A stretch of DNA of 63,952 bases, counting the filler, from Stramenopiles sp. TOSAG23-3 (taxonomy: Eukaryota): assembly GCA_900128585.1 (NCBI GenBank). It is 3 parts of 3 records of this genome, joined end to end, with 100 filler letters (N's around TTAATTAATTAA, not from the genome) between each part and the next. Parts side by side here need not be neighbours in the genome. Positions count along the whole stretch, not along the records: positions 1 to 21,937 come from LT642346.1; 2 more parts are not named here. The stretch is one strand, 5' to 3'. Position 1 is the stretch's first letter, and each line of letters starts with the position of its first letter. A model generated the notes under the pieces. That model was not told the DNA's origin, searched no databases, and saw nothing but the letters and a program-made list of their open reading frames with translations. Below, piece after piece: positions 1-11,205 of this stretch. The translations under genes and the position numbers were made by a program.

Positions 1-153
1 TATAAAATTGTTTTCACCACACGCCGAAAGCTTTGCAAGTATTATAAGTTAATTGCGGATGATATGAAATATTGAAGAAATCGTTAAATTTTTGTACAGA
101 TTTTGTGTCATAAACCTAATTTTCGGACATTTTGACCCCCCCCCCTCACTCTC

Positions 154-1653
154 TTAGAAATACCTTCCGTTCTTGTTCTTCTTCTTCTTCCCCCTGCGCT
201 CTCGGCCCCGCTGAGCGTTCGGGTTCCGCCGGCCTACCCCAACGGTGAGCCCTGTGGTGGCGTACTGGTTCAACCCGAACTGCTTCCCAATGTCTTCCCC
301 GAACAGGCTTTCCATCTTGTCCTTCTTCTTTGCCTGCATTCGCCACTGGCCAGTCATCATCTGGTCCTCCCGGAGCAGGAGGCCCTGGTCCCGCCGCCCC
401 CCCTTTGTCTTTGCGATGGCGAACTTGGTCCCACGCGTCTTGATCTTGTAATTCTTCTTGAAGCCGTACCGAAGGCTCCCGTCGTCCCCGACGTAGACCG
501 ACAGCTTTGTCATCGTTGCGTTTCCGCATCGGGGGCAAAACATTTTGTCCATCTTTGAGGTTATGTTGTAGCACGCAATGCAGCGAAGGACCCACTGCTT
601 TAGCCTTCGAATGGCGACCCCGCGGATAGAGAACAGGCCCAGGCCCATCTGCATCAGGACGTTTTGCATGGCAAAGTCCACCGTGACGCACCCGACGGCC
701 CGGTTCAGGTCGTTGGCTTCGGCGTTGACGTCGTTCGAGGACGCCTGCGGCGTCCGCCGGTTTTTGTTCCTGCGGCGCCCGGCCGTCCCCCACGTCGCCC
801 CCTCCAGCTCTGCCAAGTTGTGCTCCCCGATCCACCCGACCCCGTCGTCCTCCTCCTCGCCGCCTTCGACCAGCTGGGTCACGATGCTCGTCTTGTGCGC
901 GTTCAGGATTCTGGAAGAGTACGGCGCGTCGCTCGATTTCTCCGACGTCGCGGCGGGGGCCACGCTAGGCGTTTCCACGACGGCAACGGCCGGGGCCGTC
1001 TTCGGCTCCGCGGCGCCGTAGACGACGGCGAGCTTTGCCGGGGCCTTGACTTCGGCCGGCTTTTTCGACGCCATGGACGCGTAGGAAAACGGCGCCTTTG
1101 CCCCGGCCGTAGGCCCCGGCGGCACGCCTCGGCCTTCCTCGGCGGGAACCTCCGCCGGGGCCGGGACAGTCACCGGCGGCTCGGCTTCCCCGGCCCTGAC
1201 GGCCTTCGCCGTGACGGGGGCGTCGTCCGTCTCCTCGTTCTCCTGGGCCCCTGGCTTGGCCATGGCCGCACGCATTCGCTCGACCGTCATGGGTTCCTTC
1301 CGCAGATGATCGACCCCCCCGCACTCCTCCTTTTCTAACATGTACGCCAGCGCCAACACTTTGGTGTCCGGGACGCTCAGGCCTCTAAGGTCCCCCGTCT
1401 TTCGGGCGAACTGCATGATGGCATTCATCGCCTCCCCGGACGGCACCCGTGTCTTCAAGTTGTACGGCAAAGTGTCCAGAACGTGCCTCGACTTTGAGTC
1501 ACGAATTTCATCCAAGACTTCCTGGACGGTCCAAAAATTCTCCGCCAAATGCTCCAGCCTTTCGGCCTTTATTATCGCACCGGAGTCCACCACCAAATGT
1601 TTCAAAATGTTCGTTTCCCCCTCCTGTTTTCTCAGCGTGTTTGCAAACTCCAT
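154..1653 (-). CDS. NOB1: NOB1 20S pre-rRNA D-site endonuclease (PIN domain plus zinc ribbon)
   Basis: PIN motifs LVVDSGAII, EVLDEIRD, TGDLRGLSVPD; DFAMQNVLMQMGL; zinc ribbon WVLRCIAC..FCPRCGN; LLLREDQ. Start moved to ATG at 1653 (MEFANT) because the upstream part of the ORF is AT-rich microsatellite. Confidence 0.95.
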   Translation of the reverse strand: MEFANTLRKQEGETNILKHLVVDSGAIIKAERLEHLAENFWTVQEVLDEIRDSKSRHVLDTLPYNLKTRVPSGEAMNAIMQFARKTGDLRGLSVPDTKVLALAYMLEKEECGGVDHLRKEPMTVERMRAAMAKPGAQENEETDDAPVTAKAVRAGEAEPPVTVPAPAEVPAEEGRGVPPGPTAGAKAPFSYASMASKKPAEVKAPAKLAVVYGAAEPKTAPAVAVVETPSVAPAATSEKSSDAPYSSRILNAHKTSIVTQLVEGGEEEDDGVGWIGEHNLAELEGATWGTAGRRRNKNRRTPQASSNDVNAEANDLNRAVGCVTVDFAMQNVLMQMGLGLFSIRGVAIRRLKQWVLRCIACYNITSKMDKMFCPRCGNATMTKLSVYVGDDGSLRYGFKKNYKIKTRGTKFAIAKTKGGRRDQGLLLREDQMMTGQWRMQAKKKDKMESLFGEDIGKQFGLNQYATTGLTVGVGRRNPNAQRGRERRGKKKKNKNGRYF

Positions 1654-1915
1654 GTTTCCACGATATATATATATATATATATGTATACTGTATAGAACGG
1701 TGGGTAAAAAAACGAGCAAGCGAGAAGTTCGGTCGTTCGTTCGTTCGGTCGATCGCCCAATACGGTACGAAACGAAACGTGCAAAAGGGAAATGTATAAA
1801 AAGGTGCCAAAGGGTTAACAAAAAATCGATTGATTTCAGTATAGTGGTACCCAACCCAATCTACAATAAAAGCAATCGTACGATCAAACATACGTTCACC
1901 AAACCCTCTTTAAAT

Positions 1916-1981
1916 TTCGTTTCGATTCGTTTCAATTCGTTTCGATTCGATTCGATTCGTTTCGATTCGATTCGATTCGAT
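1916..1981. repeat. (TTCGA)n/(TTCGT)n pentanucleotide microsatellite
   Basis: Directly visible tandem ttcgattcgtttcaattcgtttcgattcgattcgattcg run. Confidence 0.85.
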
Positions 1982-2569
1982 CTTTGAGAAGATTCTTCTT
2001 TCTTTCTTTGAGAAGATTCTTCCTCATTGAAACAAAACAAACAACAAGAATACCCTATCTAAAATATGCTTATATAAATACTTATAAACAATAAACAATA
2101 CTAAAATATAAAAGTGTTTCTCTTAAAAACGTTCATTTCTTCGTTCTCTAAAAGACAATACAACTACAATATACCTATGAATAAATTTTATGAAAAGTTG
2201 AATCGAATCGAATCTTCCTCGATGATTCTAAACCATTCATTTAATTAACATAAAAATAGCATAGAACAAAATAAACCATAATTAAGGATTTAAGTACATA
2301 GATATTAGAAGGATTGTATTTGTATTCTCTTTTAGATTAAAGATGGATGATCGGAGGAGAATGAAAGAACGAAAGAAAGAAAAAAAGAAAATTATTAAAA
2401 AAGTTTTTAGAAAACGAAACGAAATGAAAAAGTATTTGTTTTTGTTTTTTCATTCGTATATATCCTCTATTCAATTCAATTCGAACATTTTGTTTTGGTT
2501 GTTTTTGCTTTGCTTTCCCCCTTTCGTATATATAGTTACATAGTTGTAGTTTATTGCAAGGAAAGGATT

Positions 2570-3217
2570 ATGGAGGGCGAAAGCAAGAATAGTAATAGTA
2601 GTGGTAGTAGTAATGAGATTGGAGGAGGGGGTCCACCGCCGTTGCCCAATTTTGTGCCTTTGCCAGGTACGGGTGTAGTACCCCCCGGTTCACCACAAGG
2701 GAATTTAAACATGTCCCATGCACAGAACCAGTTGTATCGGGACATTCCAGACTGGATGCCCCAGCCTCCCGTCGTCCCGAGGGACCCAATGTCGTTCATG
2801 GAGTCCTGCGTTATGAAAGGTTTAGTGAGTGTACCGGTCGGGTGGGGCCTTGGGTTAGCTTTTGGCGTGTTGATCGCCTCGTGGGAGTCGATGTCCCCGC
2901 CAATACTAATGCCGGGGGTCCCAGAGCCACCGTCCCGTCCGTGGCGGGAAGAGTTCAGGGCGGCAGGGATAACGATGCGGCGAAAGTCGACGTCTTGGTC
3001 GAAGAATTTCGCCTTGGTGACGGGGGTATACTCTGGAACGGAATGTTTGCTGGAACGGCAGCGCGCAAAGCACGATATTGTGAACCACGGCGCCGCCGGG
3101 TGTGCCACCGGGGCCGTCCTTGCCGCAAAGCACGGCCCTCATGCCGCTTGCATGGGGTGCCTGGGGTTTGCCGCCTTCTCCTTGGTGATAGAAACGGTCA
3201 TGGCAAAGGACCATTGA
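2570..3217 (+). CDS. TIM22: Mitochondrial inner membrane translocase subunit Tim22 (Tim17/22/23 family)
   Basis: MESCVMK, GWGLGLAFG, KNFALVTGVYSGTECLLERQRAKHD, AGCATGAVLA, GCLGFAAFS are Tim22 hallmark motifs. Start taken as ATG 2570. Confidence 0.92.
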   Translation: MEGESKNSNSSGSSNEIGGGGPPPLPNFVPLPGTGVVPPGSPQGNLNMSHAQNQLYRDIPDWMPQPPVVPRDPMSFMESCVMKGLVSVPVGWGLGLAFGVLIASWESMSPPILMPGVPEPPSRPWREEFRAAGITMRRKSTSWSKNFALVTGVYSGTECLLERQRAKHDIVNHGAAGCATGAVLAAKHGPHAACMGCLGFAAFSLVIETVMAKDH

Positions 3218-3935
3218 GAACGTGTGGCGTGCGTGTAATATAGAGAAGGTATAGGTAGGGGGGGTGGGTGTGGTTAGGGAATGGTTGAGAAGGAGAAGTG
3301 GGAGGTGGAAGCACGGACGGACGAACGGACGGACGGACGGACTGAACTGAACGGTGACGCGGGATATATTGTTTTTAAAAGCGATCGAATAAAGCGGGGA
3401 GCGACCGAGCGAAAGAAAATCGCCAATTTTTGAAGAAAGAAACAGGTTGTTTCATGTCTCCTTCTTGTGTTTGTATCTTCGTTTGAATCAGATTGAAACG
3501 AAAAGAGAGGGCATGGCAGGGAACGGGGTGCGTTCGAGGGGGTTTTCCCCAGAGGAGAAGGAAATAAGTTTGAATAGAGAGAGAGATGAAATATTTGAGG
3601 ATTGAGAGGAGTGAATAAAAAAATTATATATTCATTTTTGCTTTTCATTAGGTGCCACCAAGCATGTTTTTGTAAATTCTATTAAACAGTAAAGAGAGTA
3701 AAATTAATCGGTAAGATTAAGAAGGGTTTGAGTCAATTTTACGTCTCGTTGTGTAACTGAACACTCATTTTATCTCACCAAGAATTTATACTCTTAAATA
3801 TAGAAATATGTATAACGAATGATACACCTACTCTGTTTTATTGAAAACTTCCTGGGAAGGATGGACGGACGGACTGACTGAAACCAAATCCTATACATGG
3901 CTTACGCTCTCCCTCCCTCCCATAACTTGACCGTC

Positions 3936-4388
3936 TTATCCAAGGTTGATGTCTGCAAAGGCAGAGTCTTGGGAGGGTTGGTTTCGAAAGTCCATTTGCA
4001 AAATTTGTTTTCTCAGGCCGACGAGGCATCTCGCAATCGTGCTGCTCTGAGGGTTCCACCCACCGCTCATCTCTGGGACGGCCCGGGCGTTGACGAGCCC
4101 AGTCTTGGAGTCGACGCACCGAAGGTTGATTTTGGTAACAAACTGGATCTTAGGGGCCTCGAACGGGTACCGGTCGGTCGCAAAGATCTTAATGGACCAC
4201 ATGCGTTCCCCCTGGGGACCGATGATCATGGCATGCCACTTGTGCAGGAACAAGTCTGGGTTCTCTGGCGATTCAATCCCATAAGTAATAAAGTTCGCGT
4301 GGTTCTGGTCCTGTATTCCTTTGCCCTTTTCCCCGTCTTCGTACTCTTGGAGCAGTTTGAAATTTCTAGGAACGATGATTTGTGCCAT
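3936..4388 (-). CDS. UEV1: Ubiquitin-conjugating enzyme E2 variant (MMS2/UEV1 family)
   Basis: N-terminal VPRNFKLLQEYEDGEKG, WHAMIIGP, YPFEAPKIQFVTKINL, C-terminal QP. Confidence 0.9.
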   Translation of the reverse strand: MAQIIVPRNFKLLQEYEDGEKGKGIQDQNHANFITYGIESPENPDLFLHKWHAMIIGPQGERMWSIKIFATDRYPFEAPKIQFVTKINLRCVDSKTGLVNARAVPEMSGGWNPQSSTIARCLVGLRKQILQMDFRNQPSQDSAFADINLG

Positions 4389-4689
4389 TGCCGTTGTGTT
4401 TAAATGCGTGCGTGCGTGTGTTTTGTTGTTGTTGTCACCGCCCTGCTAAATTATTATTACTATCACCACCCGTATCTACAAACAAGTACGGAAGCTGCGT
4501 CCTATAAACAAAAAAGCTTATGAACAAAAAGTAAATCCGTGCACAAAAAGACGAAGGATGGAAGGAAAGAAAGAAAGAACAAGACGATAACAGAGACGAA
4601 TCAATTATAGCAAACCTCTGAAGATAAATCGCAGAGGTGAATGAATTATGAATTATGATCTTTATCTTGATTTGATTCATTCATTCATT

Positions 4690-5013
4690 CATTCATTCCT
4701 TTCTTCTCTTTCTTCCTTTTTTGATTTGATTTGATGATTTGTGCGTGTTCTTCTTGTTTCTTCTTGTTTCTTCTTCTTCTTCTTCTTCTTCTTCTTCTTC
4801 TTCTTTCTTTCTTCTTTCTTTCTTTCTTCTTCTTTCTTTTTTCTTTTTTCTTCTTTCTTCTTTCTTCTTTCTTCTTTCTTCTTTCTTCTTTCTTCTTTCT
4901 TCTTTCTTCTTTCTTCTTTTTTTATCTTCTTCTTTCTTCTTTCTTTCTTTCTTCTTTCTTCTTTCTTCTTTCATTTAATTTTTCTTCTTCTTCTTCTTTC
5001 TTTCTTCTTTCTT
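4690..5013. repeat. Polypyrimidine (TTC/TTTC) low-complexity tract
   Basis: Almost pure C/T run of ttc and tttc units. Confidence 0.9.
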
Positions 5014-5745
5014 TTATTTAATTTTTTACATAATTAAATAATACATAGAAATAGTATTAGAAATCAGACGAAAGAAAGAAAGAATTCATTTCAAATAATA
5101 AATAAAATTTTAAATCGATCTTCTTCTTCTGCAAAAAAACCCTTCTTTTCTTCTTCTTTCTTCTTTCTTCTTTCTTCGCGTTTCGCGTACCTCGTAGTTA
5201 GAGTTAGGGTTTTAAACACCATTAAAACCCTAACACCTAACACACACCATCGAAAATCTAACGGCCAATTCATTAAAATGTTTTATACATGAATAAACAT
5301 AAGATGAATGATAGTATTATTATATTAATAAATAATATTTGTTTATGTATTATGTATTATGATTATATTTTGGTTCCTTCTTTCTTTTCTGCCTTTCTTC
5401 CTTTCTGTGTCCTGTGTCCCCGTTGGAAAGAAGAAAAGAAAGAAGAAGAAAGAAAGAAAGAAAGAAAAGAAAGTAAAATGTAATCCGATCCGATCCGATC
5501 CGATCCAATCCAATCCACAATCCAATGGGGGTGGGGTATCCAGGGGGATGGTTTGTTATAGAGGTTAGGAAACGAAAAGGAGAAAATTGAGTGCATTGAT
5601 TGAAATTGAAGTTCTTGAAGTTTCGGATTGAATTTGTTTTTTTGTTTTGTCTGGTTTTGTTTTTGTCGCTGGTTTAGGTTTAGGTTGGAAACGTTTACGT
5701 TTTGCGCGTTTGTTAGCGTTTGGTTGCGTTCGTTTGGTGGCAATA

Positions 5746-8700
5746 ATGTCTCGTTCGCAACGGCAGCGTTCGGGGAATAATATGATGGAGGATTCGTTGG
5801 ACTCCATGTCCATGTCGATGACCGGGTCTGCGATTCTTTCGCCGGGAGGGAAGGACGGGGAGAGTTCGGCGCCGTCGAACCGGGGGCGACGGGGAGGGCC
5901 GGCGGTGTCCCTCCGTTCGCGGCGGGGGGGCGACCTGTCCGCGGCGGACAGGGTGTACGCCCACCTGTCCCACGTCGGCGGAACCACGTTTCACAACCCA
6001 GAGATGGACGACCCGGTCGACCGAACGAGGAGCATCATGTCGAACGACTCGTTCATCAGCGCGGCCGCGGCCCTGCCGACCCGGGGGAACTGGGCGGCCC
6101 CGACGAGCCTGTTCGTTGGGGACAAGCCCCAGCGCCCGAAGGAGCAGATGGCCCACGCGGCCTCCGCCGCGCAGCTCATCCCGGGCCGGGCGGACTACGC
6201 TGGGGGAAGGAACGGGAGAATGTTCTCGAGCGCGTCTACGGGGCAGATCGGGGGGGGGGCACGGGGGAGCGGGGCGAAGCTCCCCGAGCCTCCCGCCCCC
6301 CTGGCGATCACCAAGGCCCAGGACGGGACGTGGCAGTACGTGGGCCTGGTCGGCACGGCGCTGGAGATCCCGCCGACGCGGCGGGAGATCCTTGCCCTAG
6401 AGGCCAAGTTCAAGGCGATCGCGTCGTACGGGCGCACGGCCGGCCTGCGCAGCCGGGGCGGGAACGTCGCCGGCGGCGAGGGCGAGGACGGCCAGAACGC
6501 GGAGCAGGAGCTAAAGAAGGCCCTCAAGGGCGCCGGGGACGAGCTCAGCGCCATGTTCGAGCAGGAGATCATGGCCATTCGGCAGGAGGTCGACGGGCTC
6601 TTCACCCGGCTCTCGCCGATGGGGAACTCGACCGTCCACGAGCGGGACGTCCTCGTCCAGAGCGTCTTCGAGCAGAAGTGGACCGACCTGGTGTTCGGGG
6701 AGATCCAGGGACACATTGGGGTCACCTGCATGGAGCAGGGCCGGACCCTGACCCAGCTCCGGAAGCGCTACGCGTCCGCGTACAACGGGCAGCAGGACGT
6801 CCTCCACAGCGCCCTGCGGCTGCTCGACGCGTCGCAGGACGAGAACGACCGGCTGCGGGGCCGCCTCGTCGAGCTCGAGAAGCGCCACCAGAGCGCGGAG
6901 AAGGACGCGGAGAACGCCACGGCCGTCGCGCTCGAGAAACTGAGGTCCGAGATGCAGGAGCTGGTCGACGAGGCCGAGGCGCGCGCGGACCTGTCCCGAT
7001 CCCAGCAGGACAAGATGAGCGACACCCTTCGTACCCTGAACGGGATCTTTGTCCAGATGCGCAGCGACACCGACAACGCGCGCGTCGCCGACCTGCGGGA
7101 CGCCTGCTCGACCATGGAGAAGCGCCTGACGGAGCGGGAGAAGGAGCTCGTGATCCTTCGCCCCCTCAAGAGCGTCAACGACCAGCTCCAGGAGACCTGC
7201 GATGCGCAGGAGTCCAAGATACAGAGCCTGTCCAAGGAGCTCGAGCAGATCCGGCAGGAGCTGGGCCAGCGGGACGCCATGGTCTCCGACCTGATGCGCC
7301 AGGAAGGGGAGCGGCTGTCCGCGGTGGAGCTCGCGATCGCAAGCGGGACGGCCGCCCCGGGCCAGGCGGGCGCGGCGACGGCCCCCGCCGCGGGCGGTGC
7401 GGCGACCGCGAGCGGCCTGCCCCTTCCGGCCGACGTGAAGCGCGTCGAGGCGCTCGTCAAGGACGTCGACCAGATGCTGGGCGGTGAGGTCAAGAAGCGC
7501 CTGCCCTGCGCCGGGTACAGGATCCTGCTGCCGAACCTCATGGGCTTTCGGCCCGAACGGTCAAGGCAGTGGGTCCTGCGCGTGGGCCGCGCGATCGTTC
7601 GCGCCAAGATGAAGGACGACGCGCTGGCCACCCGCAACGGGCGCCTCCGCGTCCGGTTCCCCGAGTTCGTGTACTCGTGGTTCCAGCCGAGCGCGGAGAA
7701 CCTGGCGAGCAAGCCCGCCGAGACGCGGGACGAGATCACCGCCGAAGCGGACGAGGACCGCTGGGGTCTGTACTATGGCGTGAAGCGCCTGGCAAGGGAG
7801 CTCCCCGAGATGAGGCTGTTCTACAACTTCCTCGACGAGAAGTACGGGGAGGATGAGCTCACGTTCTACCTTCACTGCCTTCGCGTGGTGGACGTCGAGG
7901 CCTGGACCAAAGGGATGGGCGGCGTCGACTGGGGCGGCGTCCTGATCGAGGCGAACAACGTCATGCAGATGCGGGACGAGGACCAGCGGGCGGGGCGAAA
8001 AGGCATCGGCGGTGGGGACGGGAGCGTCGTCAAGGGCGCCCCGGACGACTCGGACGAGGAGGAGGACGACGAGGCCGAGGGGGCGGTCCCGCGCGTGATA
8101 TTCATCACCGTGGCCGCGGCGGAGAAGGTCGTGAAGGAGATCATGTCGAAGAGCACGAAGCAAGAGAAGACGGCGCTCGTCCGCCGCCTGACGTCGAAGG
8201 CCGTCGCGGTCGAGCTGACCAAAACGGCGGAGTACCGCATGGAGCACGGCGGCGAGGACGACGACGAGGGCGGCGAGGGCAAGGCGGAGGTCGACGTGTT
8301 GGAGGAGGACCCCGAAGAGCGCAAGGCACGGCGAAAGAAGGAGAAGGAGGCCCAGAAGAAGCTCTCTGGCATCACGACGGCGTGCGTGGAGGTCGGGGGG
8401 CTGCTCCGCGGGCTTCTCCAGGAGTACCGGGAGGAGCAGGCCCACCGGCGCGCGGCCATCCGCTTGATGTTCCAGACCGCGATGAACCCCGGGCAGAAGG
8501 ACGACGAGGACGAGGACGCCCCGCCGATGATCGCGGCCGTAGACATGCAGCAGTTCGCCGCCATGGTCGAGTCGCTCCACAGCAAGGTGACCGCAACGAC
8601 CGTGGCGTCCCTGTACCGCGACGCCCACCAGCTCGGCGAGGACGAGGTGACCTTCGAAAGCTTCATGCAGGCTGCCGAGAAGAGGCAGTTTTTCAGCGAG

Positions 8701-10761
8701 TGCCTGCGGCTGCCACCCTACGTGGGGGCCGCCCAGAGCGGACCGCAGAGCGTCCACGTCGACCAGACCGCCCTCGCGGACGACCCGGAGCATGGCCGGG
8801 CGCTCAACCAGCGGGACCAGGCGCGCCTGGCCTCCCTAGTCGTAAAGCACAGCAAGCTCTTCGAGCCTGCGCTTGAAGAAACGTACACTCACCTGGACCA
8901 GGTAGGGGCAGCGCGCCTCTCTGCCCTTATCGCGGCCTTCCAGAAAGACTTAGATAGAAGCGGCAGCGGGATGGCACCGGACGGGCGGAGGCCCCTGGCA
9001 AGTTGGCGCCGGGTCCTCGACTACATTCTGTACAACCGCATGGAACGGCGAGAGCACCGTGGAGAGCGCGGGATCGGCGCGCTGGACCACGTGGAGAGGG
9101 AACTTTCATTTTTGGAGCAGATCGCGCGTAGCTTTAGGAACGACGCGGGCACGATGAAGCTGCGCCGTGTGATGCAGACGGTGGCGTCGATCCGCATCCA
9201 GAGGGTGTGGCGCAAAGTCCTCAGCAGGAGCCAAGGGGTTCCCCTGAGCATGCGGCCGTTGATGGACAAAGAGTTCGTCGCGCCGCCAAAGGATGGTCTG
9301 AAGGCCCGGCCAGTTCAGTGGCTGACAAGTCGCATTTCCATGATCTTCCAGGAGAAGATCATCCAGGACGCGCGCACCGACCGGAACCACACGATGCGCA
9401 CGCCACTGAGGGAAATCCTGTACGACTTTTACCTGTACAAGTTTGGGGTTCGCCGGATCGCCGAGCGCGAGCTGCATGAGCTGTTCTTCAACGTCCGGCG
9501 CCACTACCAGGACCACCCGAGGGTGCGGGCCTTTGCAAAATTTTGCCAGATGACGAAGGAGTTGGAGCGGGCGGAGGCGGACGCGGCGGGGGACCAGGAA
9601 GAGACAAAGAAGGAGGAGTCCGCCGCGCAGCTCATGGGGGCGACCATGACCCAGGACGATTGGATGCAGACCGAGGGTGCGCTGGACTTCTACCTTCGCG
9701 TCTTGCTCAGCGTAAACAGCGCGTGCGTGTCCAGCAAAGTGCCCCCGAGTGGGACCCTGTTCCCCGGAAAGCCCGAGGACGTGGGCAAGGGTCGGTCCAC
9801 GGTCCCGTTGGACGTTGTGTCGGAGGTCGTACGGAACATATTCGGGGAGGGTGGCGACGGCGGGGATTACGGCCTGGGCGTGGCGCAAGAGAAGTTGGCC
9901 ATAATCACCATGCGCATCCGCGAACTCGTCAGCTCCGACGGAACGGTCGACACGGACAAAGCGTTCTTAGCGCTGTTGAACCAATGGGCTACTTTGCAGG
10001 AGACCCGGGAGGTCGATTTGCGAAAACTGTTTCGGGCAGGCGACATCGACTTGGACAATGTGCTCACCTTCGACGAGTTCTTCGGGTTGATGAAGGGCAA
10101 GCACGTGCGGTTGCCGCCGGACTTCAGCGACGAGCTCATCACTGTCATGTATCGGCAAGCGGTCAACCAGTCCCGAGAAAGGAACAACACTGAGGGAATC
10201 GACGTCGACGCATTCGTTTATGTGGTTCAAGAGTTCGGCATGCAAGTGCACTCGTCCGAGTTCGACATGGACTCGCGCGCGGCACGGTCCATCGACGAGA
10301 TGGCCATGGTGAAGAAAGCGTACGAGGCGAGTGCGAAAAAGAGCGCGATGGACACGACGACGGAGTGGCACACGAAAGGTTCGGCAAAGGGACTCACTAT
10401 CCCCAAGACCGACCCGAACCAAATGCTCAGTCTTCTGGACCAGGCATGGCGCCCATACAACTCGTCCATACCGAACACGTTGGACGATTTAGACGGAATC
10501 GCCGTCCCTGCCCCACCGTCGATGACGAAGGCCGGGGGCCGCGCAAAGAAGTCCAGGACCGTGACCGACGTCGACGTCGCCGGGGCCCGGGATCAGTTGG
10601 AAGACGTCCGGACTGCAATTACGTACGCGGAGCAAGACACGACCATGGACAACGTCAACGCGGCGTGGATTTCTTTCCGTAGACTGTTGAGTGAGATTTA
10701 TAGACTTCGTAGTTTGGGCGGGATGCACGACGAGAACGAGGCGACGCCGACAGTCAATTAG
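5746..10761 (+). CDS. Large (~1670 aa) coiled-coil, IQ and EF-hand protein with an axonemal dynein light chain-like segment; probable flagellar protein
   Basis: FGEIQGHIGVTCMEQGRTLTQLR resembles the p28/Ax_dynein_light motif; long coiled coil; IQ-like IRIQRVWRK; EF-hand DIDLDNVLTFDEF; YDFYLYKFGVRRIAE..HPRVRAF module resembles TSNAXIP1-type proteins. Strong G/C third-position codon bias. Start ATG 5746. Confidence 0.75.
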   Translation: MSRSQRQRSGNNMMEDSLDSMSMSMTGSAILSPGGKDGESSAPSNRGRRGGPAVSLRSRRGGDLSAADRVYAHLSHVGGTTFHNPEMDDPVDRTRSIMSNDSFISAAAALPTRGNWAAPTSLFVGDKPQRPKEQMAHAASAAQLIPGRADYAGGRNGRMFSSASTGQIGGGARGSGAKLPEPPAPLAITKAQDGTWQYVGLVGTALEIPPTRREILALEAKFKAIASYGRTAGLRSRGGNVAGGEGEDGQNAEQELKKALKGAGDELSAMFEQEIMAIRQEVDGLFTRLSPMGNSTVHERDVLVQSVFEQKWTDLVFGEIQGHIGVTCMEQGRTLTQLRKRYASAYNGQQDVLHSALRLLDASQDENDRLRGRLVELEKRHQSAEKDAENATAVALEKLRSEMQELVDEAEARADLSRSQQDKMSDTLRTLNGIFVQMRSDTDNARVADLRDACSTMEKRLTEREKELVILRPLKSVNDQLQETCDAQESKIQSLSKELEQIRQELGQRDAMVSDLMRQEGERLSAVELAIASGTAAPGQAGAATAPAAGGAATASGLPLPADVKRVEALVKDVDQMLGGEVKKRLPCAGYRILLPNLMGFRPERSRQWVLRVGRAIVRAKMKDDALATRNGRLRVRFPEFVYSWFQPSAENLASKPAETRDEITAEADEDRWGLYYGVKRLARELPEMRLFYNFLDEKYGEDELTFYLHCLRVVDVEAWTKGMGGVDWGGVLIEANNVMQMRDEDQRAGRKGIGGGDGSVVKGAPDDSDEEEDDEAEGAVPRVIFITVAAAEKVVKEIMSKSTKQEKTALVRRLTSKAVAVELTKTAEYRMEHGGEDDDEGGEGKAEVDVLEEDPEERKARRKKEKEAQKKLSGITTACVEVGGLLRGLLQEYREEQAHRRAAIRLMFQTAMNPGQKDDEDEDAPPMIAAVDMQQFAAMVESLHSKVTATTVASLYRDAHQLGEDEVTFESFMQAAEKRQFFSECLRLPPYVGAAQSGPQSVHVDQTALADDPEHGRALNQRDQARLASLVVKHSKLFEPALEETYTHLDQVGAARLSALIAAFQKDLDRSGSGMAPDGRRPLASWRRVLDYILYNRMERREHRGERGIGALDHVERELSFLEQIARSFRNDAGTMKLRRVMQTVASIRIQRVWRKVLSRSQGVPLSMRPLMDKEFVAPPKDGLKARPVQWLTSRISMIFQEKIIQDARTDRNHTMRTPLREILYDFYLYKFGVRRIAERELHELFFNVRRHYQDHPRVRAFAKFCQMTKELERAEADAAGDQEETKKEESAAQLMGATMTQDDWMQTEGALDFYLRVLLSVNSACVSSKVPPSGTLFPGKPEDVGKGRSTVPLDVVSEVVRNIFGEGGDGGDYGLGVAQEKLAIITMRIRELVSSDGTVDTDKAFLALLNQWATLQETREVDLRKLFRAGDIDLDNVLTFDEFFGLMKGKHVRLPPDFSDELITVMYRQAVNQSRERNNTEGIDVDAFVYVVQEFGMQVHSSEFDMDSRAARSIDEMAMVKKAYEASAKKSAMDTTTEWHTKGSAKGLTIPKTDPNQMLSLLDQAWRPYNSSIPNTLDDLDGIAVPAPPSMTKAGGRAKKSRTVTDVDVAGARDQLEDVRTAITYAEQDTTMDNVNAAWISFRRLLSEIYRLRSLGGMHDENEATPTVN

Positions 10762-11205
10762 AAACACTATAGTACGTTGCACTACAACAATTATTAATAA
10801 TCAAATAATATTTAGAGCAAATGAATTTGTGCAGTATTAGACTACGACGACAACAACAAAATAATTTTATATCTTTTTTTTCTTTCCGAATTTTTTTTGC
10901 TATTAATCAAATATCACCTGCTGTGGTGATGGTGTTGTTAAAGGGGAAAAAGAAGAAGAGAGGAAGAAAGGAAGAAGAGCGTGGGTGGTGGGTGGTGGTG
11001 GAACTTCGTCGAAGGAATTATAAATGTAATTTTTTATTAACATGCGTACCTACCGGGTTACTTTTTCAACAATGGTAAGGGGAAATCATGAAGGGTTTAG
11101 GGATGAGTCAAGTGTGCTGTGGATGCCAGACAGAAAAAGAGAAACAAGTATCCCAGAAGATTCACCGAACAGCAATTCCATAAACACACGCACGTAATAT
11201 TCACC

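Noticed and set aside
4693-5037. K/E/R-rich and F/S/L-rich ORFs (also 15190-15534 and 20658-21077)
   Set aside because: Translations of purine/pyrimidine microsatellite tracts.
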